In this document: positions 21,101-30,463 of the stretch, in pieces
Position numbering within the stretch: the first letter of the stretch is position 1
Layout: each line of letters begins with the position of its first letter
IMG/VR virus record: IMGVR_UViG_3300021964_012561
Span: 32,001 to 96,000 of that record
Origin: a virus
Direction: 5' to 3' (one strand)
Length of the DNA: 64,000 nucleotides
The notes under the pieces: model-generated
The model's database searches: none
The model's input: the letters and a program-made list of their open reading frames with translations, nothing else
Told to the model about the DNA's origin: nothing
Translations under genes and position numbers: made by a program

Positions 21101-22552
21101 ATTAAAATCACTAGAATGAAAGGATTAATTAATGCATTGAGAGGTAATCAATTATCAAGCGGAGCTGTGCGCAGTGAAATTCGAGCACATACCGAAACGA
21201 ATAGACTAATTAATCAGATTAAAAGAAAAATTAGAAAAAGACAAGATTATATTTTAGGTATTATCGGCTCAGTCAATAAAAAAATCTATGAATTAGAAAT
21301 ACAACATAAAAGACTTAAGAGTTTTATAACAACAGCTGAAGGTCGTTCTCCCCTTTTAAGAGAAAAATTAGAAGAAAATAATTTTTTTGAAGAAACAGTT
21401 ACGTTATTAAATCCGTCATATGTAGACTATATATCAAAATCATATTATCAAAATTTTGTTTTAAGCCCTACTTTTGATGATTCTACATTTGCTTTGTACG
21501 ACAAAGATGTTTTATCTGATTTAAAAATTATGTATCGAGTTTTGTCATCAACAAACTATGGTTTTCTAGAAAAAGAAAAATTTGGCAGAAAAAATGTTTT
21601 TCACATTGGGATTCCTTTAGGTTTGCTTGATTTTCTTCGTCGTCAAACATTTAAAGAAACAGGAGATCAGGATTATTTAGATTCAAGTTTAGTTAAAATA
21701 ACTATTTATAAAAATAATCAAATAAATTCTGAATTAAGCTACATACCTAAGCAATTTATTTTTGATTTGTCTAAGCATATTTTGCCTTTTATTTATGATC
21801 AAACTGGCAAGGCAATTTTTGCCAATCATATCGAAAATGCAACAGATGATAAAACCTTAGAAAAAATTATAAATGATATGGAGATTTTTAAGTATAATGA
21901 TATGTTAAACTTTGGTTTTAAAGCTAACGGATTAGGATTAAATGGTATAGTAGGTAATAGAAAGTCATCCGAATCAAATAATTATGATGAAAATTTTAAA
22001 AAAGAAGTTTTGCTTAATCATATTTTTGATTACTATTTAAAATTGTATACACGATTATCTTGCAATATTGATCTAAACGAATCAAGTTTTTTAATTAACT
22101 CTGATAACATTTTTTCAGGAAAATCAGACAATAGAATTGCTTCTGAATTTAAATCAGCTATTTATAGAAAATTTTTAAGAGACTATCCAGAAGTTGATGC
22201 AAACCCAGCTGAAAAAGAATATTTTTCAAGATCAATTAACATGATGAACAATTCATTATTGATGAGTTCAAATAATCGATTAAAAGAAATGATGACAGCG
22301 AATTGTTTTGAGAGAATATTTTCAGTATTTGTTAATGAAAAAGATTTTTTAATAGATTCTGATAATTCAAGTGCATACTCTGGACAAACTCAGTTTGGTT
22401 ATACAGGACAATTGCAGCAAGGTACAGTAAACTACACAAACGGAACAAGCCCCCAAGGTGAAGAAAACACTTTTGCAAGTGAAGTGTTTAACGAAAAAGA
22501 AACAACGATGTCTGGCTTTTCTGTAGAAATAGAAATATTAAAAAAATGGTAA
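18161..22552 (+). CDS. Large virion protein with a central Gly/Ala-rich hydrophobic (membrane-inserting) segment
   Basis: 1463 aa; residues ~771-860 form a long uncharged glycine-zipper-like stretch. Confidence 0.55.
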   Translation: MSFKSFKSPFTVYNNPLPDPSPLTDSPGNSPILVSRPLIVSAIALTTEKISSVITVVPGSNATIEATKHKDTSSFHQKLFKKGINVLRPEVLLSNEFSPIATGRRVEENQNSISVQYGNNTFVEVTNTARLLELHQVLKENAIKSSEALIKRYGKIAYGIGDVIAKMRTAMSAHADDIYDQSVTKMRQNIIDRVVENSNNIVRTQIDQLSADAITLITDYIINDFIAKELIKYTGQIFDHKEEIERAIELNRPGASNVNAIEMMEQVGNLNLKNLIGNRRLKASVDKSTNFENMLDMIGQLKSYINLEDTIDDLDNAEIDRQEGFVYGTKKGRLQESCRILKQINFPGCFGVNQRKLKSVVGNENRMIGSNVQNAFNATGLGNGEAAAELIAALCFDQVMGATKLVKSLLDIDNILEDGRKFETIEELFSKTLFDFDTIPSHMKRHEFYFRTRKQKGGSIVKHLFEEKQSPYDEKTYIPYETNNTISEKLYEENNYFPGEEIYFTSALKSNDTSFEELENFITKFKTKWEDFSTHLIKSVGLDFDFTGKASSPDLNTIDQLNPMSYLNYYLNLLADDLEATYMHENVERRKKGLVSLAMLLNNASSLSRTVSSYKSVLMSTLLSTSGAELWQSADEPVWAFKEDQTLSDKGEGLVGTLYTEAEAQTEKSFVKILEGLDIDDYPKSTREHPDGRGNYNITLTASGLNPEEGGIGTLVPGSKILLGDTNNYVAGEDDSTFKRYSYGQDGLLGGTIDNELMSTLNLVDQEDWQGPLAILGFLLIVGVFAIPGVGPAVAAGLAKIGLGGLTAGYVSSTFAIGASGAIVTAGGTYIATGLSIGGIAILAGGGAAASYAIATAVTEASYETAKPVGVTLTGSSNYTLGTITNQPVQINVEDKENLPMPNIMPETVSHFNSYFFKNRPSASRPTGFLEIEHPGEFGHVKNFSAVHRSFLMHYFAVKLLQNTQRLKVYINTEKKFKISIKITRMKGLINALRGNQLSSGAVRSEIRAHTETNRLINQIKRKIRKRQDYILGIIGSVNKKIYELEIQHKRLKSFITTAEGRSPLLREKLEENNFFEETVTLLNPSYVDYISKSYYQNFVLSPTFDDSTFALYDKDVLSDLKIMYRVLSSTNYGFLEKEKFGRKNVFHIGIPLGLLDFLRRQTFKETGDQDYLDSSLVKITIYKNNQINSELSYIPKQFIFDLSKHILPFIYDQTGKAIFANHIENATDDKTLEKIINDMEIFKYNDMLNFGFKANGLGLNGIVGNRKSSESNNYDENFKKEVLLNHIFDYYLKLYTRLSCNIDLNESSFLINSDNIFSGKSDNRIASEFKSAIYRKFLRDYPEVDANPAEKEYFSRSINMMNNSLLMSSNNRLKEMMTANCFERIFSVFVNEKDFLIDSDNSSAYSGQTQFGYTGQLQQGTVNYTNGTSPQGEENTFASEVFNEKETTMSGFSVEIEILKKW

Positions 22553-22565
22553 CAAGGGAGAATTA

Positions 22566-24599
22566 ATGCCTGCAGTTGAAAATGAAGAAGATTTAATTAG
22601 AGACAAAGAAATAACAAAAAAAATTGAATCTGCAAAAGAACTTACAGCAGATCTTCTTAGAAATCCTTCAGAGAGAGTCTCTGACCCAATGATTTCTTCA
22701 AACAATCTAACCAAGTCAATTTTATCAAAAACAGTTTTTAGCTATGATATTCCTGAAGTTGAAAATTTTGAATTAGAATTTGTATATAATTATTTTACTA
22801 AAGATGAACGTTTAGCTGATGCTTTAAGTTTAAATAAAAGAACAATTAACTTAGATGTAGAAAAAACATCTGAAGCATTATATCTTGCTACAAATGAAAT
22901 GCTACCCAGGTATGTTAAATTTAACTTTAAACCACCTAGGGATCCAAACACAACTATAGCATCACGAGTTGAAGAATTCTTGACAGAAAACTTAGATAAA
23001 ATTGTAAAAGAAGGCGGTGCATCTAATAAGTTTTTTACTGGAATTGAATTAAAAGACACAGGTGAAGAAAAAGCAATTTATAACAATTTAAAAGTAACTG
23101 GGTTTATTACAAGACTAGCTGAACCGGAAGATTCATCTCAGTCTGCTGCAAAAAAAATCGCGGATTTGCTTGATGATCCTAACGGTTTAACAGGGTCAGG
23201 TAAAAAATTTATTTTAGAATCATTAAATCAGTTAAAAGACGATCAATTGACTTTTGCTCCATCCGATGTTAGGCCTGAAGTTGCAAAATTTTCAAACAAT
23301 CCTGTTGGTAGGCAAACATTTTCAGTTAAATTTAATAATTTATTTATCAATGACATTGTCAAAAAGGCAAATAGAATGCCTACAGGAGTCTTTCAAGATG
23401 AAATTTTTTCATTTTCTAGGCTAACAGAAGATTATCAAAATAATATTTTGTCAAAAATTGGAAATGATCCTACGAAAATTTATGAAGATGAGTTTATAAA
23501 CAATGTAACAGCATTTGAAATACTCGCCGGCGATAATTCTGGTAATTCTCAAGCTGTAAGAGACATGATAAGAAATAAAGGCTTTGAAATTAAATTATTA
23601 GGTTATTTAATTGAAAAGACCGAAATATTCCCTAATGAATCAGTTAGAGTATACCCGCCTTTTGTAGTTAATGATCCCCAAAAATTATTTGTTAAGGACG
23701 ATAATGTAAGATATGGTGGAAACTATACTTATACAATTAGAACAATTTGCCAAGTTACAACGCCTGTTGTTAAAATAAATTTAGATGACCCTATTTTAGA
23801 CGAAATAGTCTTAGCAAGATTTTTAATGACATCTGAAGGTACAACAAATTCAGTGCTTTGTACGGAAAAAGTACCACCGCCTGTACCAACTGCGATTAGA
23901 CCTAGGTTTGATTTTAAACTTAAGCAACCTATTATAAATTGGCAATTTCCTGTTAATCCACAACGTGACATTAAAAGATTCCAAATTTTTAAAAGGCACA
24001 ACATTAATGAACCTTTTACTTTAGTTGCTGAATATGATTTTGATGATTCTTTATCTAGAACAAATGTAAATGAAAAAGCGCTAGATAAAAATTTAATAAA
24101 AATGCAATTTCCTAAAACTAGTTTTATAGATAAAAAATTTAGTATTGCATCAACTCCAATTTATGCCATTGCTAGTGTCGACGCACATGGAATGACATCA
24201 AACTTAAGTACACAAATACAAGTTCGCTATGATAAAATTAAAAACAAATTAATTTCAAAATTAATCAGTAGAGAAGGTGCACCAAAGCAATATCCAAACA
24301 TTTACTTAGAAGACGATACGTTTAAAGATGTAATAAGCGTAAGTAATTATAAAAGAATGCATTTGTTTTTTGATCCTGAGTATTATAGGGTTTTAAAAAA
24401 TGATACATCAGGCAATCAAGAGAACTTAATTATTGAAAAAGACTTAAAATTAATTGCAGCTAATCCGGATAATTCAACTTATTCAATTCAAATTTTAAAT
24501 TTAGATATGCAAAAAGATGGAATAATTAATATTAAAATCAAAGACGAATCTGCAATGCCGCAGAGAGTCTCTTCGACTACAATTGTCAACAATAATTGA
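22566..24599 (+). CDS. Hypothetical structural protein (FN3-like motifs)
   Basis: 677 aa; 'FVKDDNVRYGGNYTYTIRT', 'PPPVP...INW', 'YAIASVDAHGMTSNLS'. Confidence 0.55.
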   Translation: MPAVENEEDLIRDKEITKKIESAKELTADLLRNPSERVSDPMISSNNLTKSILSKTVFSYDIPEVENFELEFVYNYFTKDERLADALSLNKRTINLDVEKTSEALYLATNEMLPRYVKFNFKPPRDPNTTIASRVEEFLTENLDKIVKEGGASNKFFTGIELKDTGEEKAIYNNLKVTGFITRLAEPEDSSQSAAKKIADLLDDPNGLTGSGKKFILESLNQLKDDQLTFAPSDVRPEVAKFSNNPVGRQTFSVKFNNLFINDIVKKANRMPTGVFQDEIFSFSRLTEDYQNNILSKIGNDPTKIYEDEFINNVTAFEILAGDNSGNSQAVRDMIRNKGFEIKLLGYLIEKTEIFPNESVRVYPPFVVNDPQKLFVKDDNVRYGGNYTYTIRTICQVTTPVVKINLDDPILDEIVLARFLMTSEGTTNSVLCTEKVPPPVPTAIRPRFDFKLKQPIINWQFPVNPQRDIKRFQIFKRHNINEPFTLVAEYDFDDSLSRTNVNEKALDKNLIKMQFPKTSFIDKKFSIASTPIYAIASVDAHGMTSNLSTQIQVRYDKIKNKLISKLISREGAPKQYPNIYLEDDTFKDVISVSNYKRMHLFFDPEYYRVLKNDTSGNQENLIIEKDLKLIAANPDNSTYSIQILNLDMQKDGIINIKIKDESAMPQRVSSTTIVNNN

Positions 24600-24638
24600 C
24601 AAAACTTAAAAAAAATTTACTTATAAAAAAAAATAGTT

Positions 24639-24646
24639 AATATTTA
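24639..24646 (+). promoter_or_regulatory. Putative late promoter
   Basis: AATATTTA upstream of the AGGAG SD of 24667. Confidence 0.45.
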
Positions 24647-24666
24647 GCAAATAATAGGAGAAAATA

Positions 24667-25350
24667 ATGGGTTTTTTAGATCACAGTACAAATAACATTA
24701 TTGTTGATGCTGTTTTGACTGACATAGGTCGTCAATCGTTAGCAAGAAATGATGGATCTTTTAGCATTTATCAGTTCGCATTAGCAGATGATGAAGTAGA
24801 TTATGAGATTATTAAACAATTTGGAAGAACTGTAGGTAAAGAAAAGATTGAAAAAAATACTCCAGTGTTAGAAGCATTAACGCAAGGTAGTTTAGCTTTA
24901 AAATATCCGCTAATAAGTGTTTCAAACGAATTTATGACACACCTACCGTCAATGACGATAGATGCAACATCACCAGTTACTTTTGACAGAAATTCAAATA
25001 TTACGCTTAAAGAAATTAAAGTTGACATTGCAACTACAACTGGTGTTGAAATTGAATTTGATTTATTAGATGCAGAACTAATGGTTGAAGTAAATAACAT
25101 CTTTTTAAGACTATCAGGTGAAGCTCCAGACATTATTTATACTGACAATATTGCTGTATATCGATATCCAACCGAACAAGAATCAGCAGGTGACACAATT
25201 ACTACTCGAATACCTCTTGTAAGAAAGGATTTTTCTCAAACAACTTTTAACACATATAAAGTTTCTGGCCAGAGTTACATAAGAACTTATGTTAAAGTAA
25301 CCGGTCTAAATTCAGGATTAAGCAAAACTTTTGAAGTACAAATATCATAG
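24667..25350 (+). CDS. Baseplate/tail structural protein
   Basis: VDAVLTDIGRQSLARNDGSFSIYQFALADDEVDY...PVLEA motif; strong SD. Confidence 0.6.
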   Translation: MGFLDHSTNNIIVDAVLTDIGRQSLARNDGSFSIYQFALADDEVDYEIIKQFGRTVGKEKIEKNTPVLEALTQGSLALKYPLISVSNEFMTHLPSMTIDATSPVTFDRNSNITLKEIKVDIATTTGVEIEFDLLDAELMVEVNNIFLRLSGEAPDIIYTDNIAVYRYPTEQESAGDTITTRIPLVRKDFSQTTFNTYKVSGQSYIRTYVKVTGLNSGLSKTFEVQIS

Positions 25351-25360
25351 GTGAAAAAAC

Positions 25361-26590
25361 ATGGCAACATTTAAAACAATATCTAGTGCTGATATAAAAA
25401 CAACTAGATCAAATCTTAATCAATTAATTGATTTTGTAGAAGAAGATATATCCGGTTCTACTACAAGAAAAACATACGAAGTGTTCGTAACTGGAACAAC
25501 AGCAGACAATGGTGTTACATCTTCTTTGTATCAAACAGTTTTTGATCAAAATTTTCAATTGCAAACTGCAAATGAGCTATTTGATTTAACTGTAGGATTA
25601 TTTTTTAATGGTGGTTCTGTAACAGGATCTTCTACAGGAACAGATGACAATGATAAGTTGCTTTTCCCGTCTGAATCTTTAATGATGAGAGAAAAAGTCA
25701 ATATTTATAGACAATATGCACAGCTGCTTTTAGGAAATGCTGAATCTAGATTTGTGGCTCCTTTTGGTAGTACTACTAATAGAGACAATATTGATGAAGC
25801 CTTGTTTATAAACTTTAAGCGTCTTTTTGTAAGAGATGGAATTAAAAGAGAAACTTTTGCAATGAGATTTTTTCAATCTGCATCTGTTTCTTCGCCATCT
25901 TTAGACGGTTTAGGTCCTTCCGGTCAATCTAACATTTTTAGAGGAACTGTTTCAGGTTCAATGATTATAACAGACGTAGGATCATCTGCAAACATTGAAA
26001 GATCTAATACGGGCGGAGATGTAGGTAATTTAGTTAACTCAGCAAAAACATCAGAAAGTGTAGGACTTTTATTTTACCAACAAGGTATTGCTGTTTTAGA
26101 CTTGGCAAAAATTACGTCCGGCTCACAAAAAATGAGTGGCTCCATAGATGCTGTAGGCAATACAGCAGGAAAGATATTGTTAGGTGCCAACATGCAAGGT
26201 AATTTACAAGCTAAGTTTATACCTGATTTTATTGTATCCGGATCTATTGATGACATTGTAAAACACGTTTCAACTGTTAGGTTTGGCAGTGGGTCACAAA
26301 CATTTTTAACATTTCAAAATAACACACAAATTAATTCAACATTAGTATTTTGCAGAGCAACAGCAGATGAATTTAACTTTTCTTCAAATCCAACATATAC
26401 AGAGTCATCTGGTAGAATAAAGGTGATCGATTCTAATGTAGTAGCTGGAACTCAGAAAGCATTTTCTTTTGTAACAACTGTCGGACTTTATGACGCCAAT
26501 GAACAACTTCTCGCAGTTGCAAAATTAAGTCGACCTGTTGAGAAAAATGATGAAAAAGATTTGACCTTTAGAGTGCGATTAGATTTCTAA
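25361..26590 (+). CDS. Baseplate/tail structural protein with collar-like C-terminus
   Basis: C-terminal FCRATADEFNFSSNPTY...FVTTVGLYDANEQLLAVAKLSRPVEK...VRLDF. Confidence 0.6.
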   Translation: MATFKTISSADIKTTRSNLNQLIDFVEEDISGSTTRKTYEVFVTGTTADNGVTSSLYQTVFDQNFQLQTANELFDLTVGLFFNGGSVTGSSTGTDDNDKLLFPSESLMMREKVNIYRQYAQLLLGNAESRFVAPFGSTTNRDNIDEALFINFKRLFVRDGIKRETFAMRFFQSASVSSPSLDGLGPSGQSNIFRGTVSGSMIITDVGSSANIERSNTGGDVGNLVNSAKTSESVGLLFYQQGIAVLDLAKITSGSQKMSGSIDAVGNTAGKILLGANMQGNLQAKFIPDFIVSGSIDDIVKHVSTVRFGSGSQTFLTFQNNTQINSTLVFCRATADEFNFSSNPTYTESSGRIKVIDSNVVAGTQKAFSFVTTVGLYDANEQLLAVAKLSRPVEKNDEKDLTFRVRLDF

Positions 26591-28935
26591 TGTCTTTTAT
26601 TAAAATAGGAAACAATTTTTTTGAACAGTCTACCTTACTGCTGCGACCTAAAGTTAATTTTGTGTCATCATCGTTAGGTATAACCGGTTCTGAGAAAATT
26701 GTTTCTAATTTTTCTAAATGTATTAAACAGATAATAGACCCAAAAAAGCAAAGTTTAAATCAAGTTAATGATCGCTCATATGACGAATTAGATTTTCAAA
26801 TTTTAACATATATTGATAATGCTGCCAGTCAAGTAAGACAAGGATTAAGTTCTAACATAGAAAATTATTTAAATAACTATTTAAATTCTGTTAATGATGC
26901 TGTTAATGATGACAGATTTAGTAAATTAATTAATGTGTTTAGATTTGATGTTCCTGTTTCTTATAATCAAAATTATAATATTAAAAATAATTTAAGAAAA
27001 AGTTTAATACCTTTTCATCAGCACAGATATTCAGATGCTGGGTTTCATTATACAAATTACAATACATTAAATTTTTATACCGGTTCAGGATCTCCTCACG
27101 ACTCTTGTTTAATTTATCCAAATAGTAACGACATATACACACCTAGTAAATCTTTTTCATTGAATTTCTGGGTTAATCCTAGATATAGTCAAGATAATAA
27201 AAATTTACCATACAGTGCCGGCACAATTTTTCACATGTCTTCATCATTATGTGTATCTTTAATCAGTGGCTCTTCATCTGATAAAAATAATTTATCTTCT
27301 GATTTTAAAATTATGCTGCAACTAAGTCATAGTGCTGACTCTCGACCAGACACAATTAATTTTTCTAACTTAATTTATCCAAACGACTTAATTTTTACAT
27401 CATCTAATACTTTAAAAAAGAACAATTGGCATAACGTAACAATTAGATGGGGTGCGAATGAGTATGATAATTATGATGGCGCAATTGTAATTGATGAAGT
27501 AGCAACAGAATTTAACATACCTTCAAGTTCACTTTTTCAGTCAAATGAAATAATTACCATAGGAAACTACTTAAATACAGATAAAGTTAATGCAAGTAAA
27601 TTTTTTAACAATACTGTTGACACTGTTCATGGTTTAACTGTACTAAACGAATCAACTTCAGACGAGCCTAGTAATCAAAAAGAAATTTTAAAAAACGGGT
27701 TAAACGCCGAAATTCATGATATAAAACTTTTTAACAAGTATTTAAATGATACAGAAGTCTATTACATTAAAAATTTCGGCATAAAAAAAGAAAAACTTTT
27801 AGGCAGCGATTCAGCTAACATTTATTCAAATTTGCTTTTTTATGTGCCGGTATTCTTTTATCCTATAACTAAAGAAAGAGAAATTTTAGTTACTCCATTT
27901 CAAACTATAGCAGGGTCAACTACAAATGATCCTTTTAATGTCCAATTTTCTTTTGGAGTCGGTGGTAAACACTTAAACTTAGAAAATTTTACACGTGAGT
28001 TTATTCAAGGCGAATTTCCTAGGCTACAATCACTAACAGGATCAGAGCTGGCAAATACAATTCAAAACATAACGGCAGATCAGTACATTTATCACACAGC
28101 GTCGCTAGTCAGAAGAAATAATTTTGTTCTTCCAAATGATAATGGTTTGTTTCAACCTGATTATTATGCAATTCAGGCATCTCCAGCGTCTAGTAGTAAT
28201 AGTTATAAAAAGACTGGCACTTTTGTAGATTACTCTAAAATAAACTTAGAAGAATTAATACCGACCAGTTCTTTATTTCCCGGCCTAGTCTTTCAAGATG
28301 GGTCAATATTTAATGATATTGTAGGCACTAGGCCAGAAAATCCAGGTGTGGCTCCAGGATCTGTTTTATCAATTGCACAAAGAACTAGAGACGTTTCTAG
28401 TAATGAAATAACTGTATTTGACATATCAAACCTTTTTTATGGAAACAGAATTAACCCAGGGTCATTTGAAATTATTGACAATAATCTAACAGGGTCAAAT
28501 CAAAAAGTTAAGATTACATTAAAAGATAACAAAAAAGGGAGTTTATATAGAGCAGACGCTTTGACTAAACATTCAACATGGAATAACGTAGGTGATATTC
28601 TTTATGATGAAGGTATGGTAATTGTCAAGTCTCCTCATTTATTTTACTATTGTAAAGATTCAATTGACATGTCGTTTAAGGGTGAACAAAATATTCATAC
28701 ACTTATTTTAAACGTACCCATTGAAAAACAATTATTTAATTCTTCATCAAACTTTACGTTCCAAACTTTACCACCTAGCAATAACATTAACGATACTGAT
28801 TTAGAATCTTTTTACATAACAGCAGTTAACATTCATGACGATAATTTTAATATTATAATGAAAGCTCATTTCGCTCAGCCTATTTTAAAAACTGAAGATG
28901 ATGAGTTTGTAATAAGATTAAAACAGGATTTTTAA
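26590..28935 (+). CDS. LamG-domain structural protein, C-terminus paralogous to 25361..26590
   Basis: FSLNFWVNP...WHNVTIRW...AEIHDIKLFNKYL (LamG); C-terminal YITAVNIHDDNFNIIMKAHFAQPILK...IRLKQDF. Confidence 0.6.
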   Translation: MSFIKIGNNFFEQSTLLLRPKVNFVSSSLGITGSEKIVSNFSKCIKQIIDPKKQSLNQVNDRSYDELDFQILTYIDNAASQVRQGLSSNIENYLNNYLNSVNDAVNDDRFSKLINVFRFDVPVSYNQNYNIKNNLRKSLIPFHQHRYSDAGFHYTNYNTLNFYTGSGSPHDSCLIYPNSNDIYTPSKSFSLNFWVNPRYSQDNKNLPYSAGTIFHMSSSLCVSLISGSSSDKNNLSSDFKIMLQLSHSADSRPDTINFSNLIYPNDLIFTSSNTLKKNNWHNVTIRWGANEYDNYDGAIVIDEVATEFNIPSSSLFQSNEIITIGNYLNTDKVNASKFFNNTVDTVHGLTVLNESTSDEPSNQKEILKNGLNAEIHDIKLFNKYLNDTEVYYIKNFGIKKEKLLGSDSANIYSNLLFYVPVFFYPITKEREILVTPFQTIAGSTTNDPFNVQFSFGVGGKHLNLENFTREFIQGEFPRLQSLTGSELANTIQNITADQYIYHTASLVRRNNFVLPNDNGLFQPDYYAIQASPASSSNSYKKTGTFVDYSKINLEELIPTSSLFPGLVFQDGSIFNDIVGTRPENPGVAPGSVLSIAQRTRDVSSNEITVFDISNLFYGNRINPGSFEIIDNNLTGSNQKVKITLKDNKKGSLYRADALTKHSTWNNVGDILYDEGMVIVKSPHLFYYCKDSIDMSFKGEQNIHTLILNVPIEKQLFNSSSNFTFQTLPPSNNINDTDLESFYITAVNIHDDNFNIIMKAHFAQPILKTEDDEFVIRLKQDF

Positions 28936-28936
28936 A

Positions 28937-29485
28937 TTGCTATTATCATTAGATATATCCACGTCAATAACTGGGTTTTGTGTTTTCAACAAATGGAATT
29001 GCGTGCACATTGGCCACATTGACTTAAGAAAAGAAAAAGATTTCTTTAAAAAAGTTGACATGGTAAAAGAAAAAATTGAAGAATTGCATAAACAATACGA
29101 TTTTAAAGAAGTAGCTATAGAAGAAGCATTTCAATCCTTTGGGCGAGGATTATCTTCTGCTAAGACTCTGTTTACACTGGCAAAATTTAACGGAATCATC
29201 CAATATAATGTATTCTCATTAGGAATCCAACCTACTGTGATTAACGTGAATAACGCAAGAAAGCTTGTTGGGATTAAAGTTAATAAAAAAGACAAGACTA
29301 AAAATACAAAAGAACAAGTTTTGGAGCAAGTACAACAATTAAATACAACTCTAACATGGCCTAAAAGAATACTTAAAAGTGGCCCTAGAAAAGGTTTAGA
29401 AATTTATGATGACTGTTGCTTTGATAGAGCAGATGCTTGGGTAATTGGAAAAGCACATTTACTTGAAAATAAAAAAACTGCATAG
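28937..29485 (+). CDS. ruvC: RuvC-like Holliday junction resolvase
   Basis: LLSLDISTSITG...VAIEE...DRADAWVIG gives the RNase H-fold D/E/D/D catalytic set; TTG start. Confidence 0.8.
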   Translation: MLLSLDISTSITGFCVFNKWNCVHIGHIDLRKEKDFFKKVDMVKEKIEELHKQYDFKEVAIEEAFQSFGRGLSSAKTLFTLAKFNGIIQYNVFSLGIQPTVINVNNARKLVGIKVNKKDKTKNTKEQVLEQVQQLNTTLTWPKRILKSGPRKGLEIYDDCCFDRADAWVIGKAHLLENKKTA

Positions 29486-29491
29486 TAAAAT
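29463..29491 (+). promoter_or_regulatory. Sigma70-type promoter for the primase-like gene (probably leaderless mRNA)
   Basis: TTGAAA (29463-29468), 17-nt spacer, TAAAAT (29486-29491); ATG 6 nt later with no SD. Confidence 0.5.
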
Positions 29492-29497
29492 AGCAGT

Positions 29498-30454
29498 ATG
29501 ATTACTGTTAAAGAAAAAATAAGGCTTATTGAATCATGTTTTGGTAAGTCTAGGCTGTCTGCTGACAATAAAAATGCCGTTGTGTTTTGCCCAATTTGTA
29601 AATCACAAGGTAAAGATAAATTCAAACTAGCCATTGGTATAGATAAAGGTATGTATCATTGTTGGGTTTGTGAGTCTAAAGGTAAAAATATAGGTCGTTT
29701 AGCTTTAAAATATTCAATTCAAAAGAAATCTGCGACTGAACTTTATAGTTATTTTAAAACGGATAAAGATGACTTACAAGTACGAATTGAACAAAAAAAG
29801 ACTGTTGAATTACCTGAAGACTTTAGACTTATTGCAACAAGCAGAGGACATTCAGCAAAGATTGCAAGATCTTACCTTGAAAATAGAGGCTTTAAGGAAA
29901 AAGATTTCTACCGGTTCAGAGTTGGAATTAGTGAAAAATACGGATACAAAAACAGAATAATATTTCCTTCGTTCGACAAAGATCAAAATTTAAATTATTA
30001 TACAGCAAGAACTCACAACTCAGAACAAAAAAGAAGATATCAAAATTCAAAAGTTTCTAGAAAAGACGTAATTTTTCGTGAATTTGACATTGATTTTTCA
30101 AAAGAATTAATTTTAACAGAAGGTGTTTTTGATTTACTAAATTGTCCTGATAACGCTACATGTATTTTAGGTAGCTGGATTGATAAAAATTATGCAATCT
30201 TTAAAAAAATTGTGAAAAATAGTACACCTGTTATTTTGTGCTTCGATGAAGATGCAAAAGCCAAAACACAAAAAATTGCCAAAATGCTTCATGAGTACTG
30301 TGTACCGGTAAAAATAACACAACACAAAGGCAAAGATTTTGGCGACATGTCAAAAGAAGAAGTAGATTATTGGCTAAAAGAGGCAAAACCTTTTAATAAT
30401 GTTGATCGAATATCCTATTTAATAAAGACAATTCAATCCGGTTCAGTTTTTTAG
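29498..30454 (+). CDS. DNA primase-like protein (Zn-binding domain + TOPRIM)
   Basis: CPIC...YHCWVC zinc motif; YLENRG, RIIFP, YYTAR; TOPRIM ILTEGVFD...LCFDED...KDFGDM. Confidence 0.8.
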   Translation: MITVKEKIRLIESCFGKSRLSADNKNAVVFCPICKSQGKDKFKLAIGIDKGMYHCWVCESKGKNIGRLALKYSIQKKSATELYSYFKTDKDDLQVRIEQKKTVELPEDFRLIATSRGHSAKIARSYLENRGFKEKDFYRFRVGISEKYGYKNRIIFPSFDKDQNLNYYTARTHNSEQKRRYQNSKVSRKDVIFREFDIDFSKELILTEGVFDLLNCPDNATCILGSWIDKNYAIFKKIVKNSTPVILCFDEDAKAKTQKIAKMLHEYCVPVKITQHKGKDFGDMSKEEVDYWLKEAKPFNNVDRISYLIKTIQSGSVF

Positions 30455-30463
30455 AGAGGTTTT

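Noticed and set aside
24597-24599. TGA stop of 22566..24599 as another Sec codon
   Set aside because: An in-frame TAA follows within a few codons in an A-rich intergenic gap, with no hairpin.
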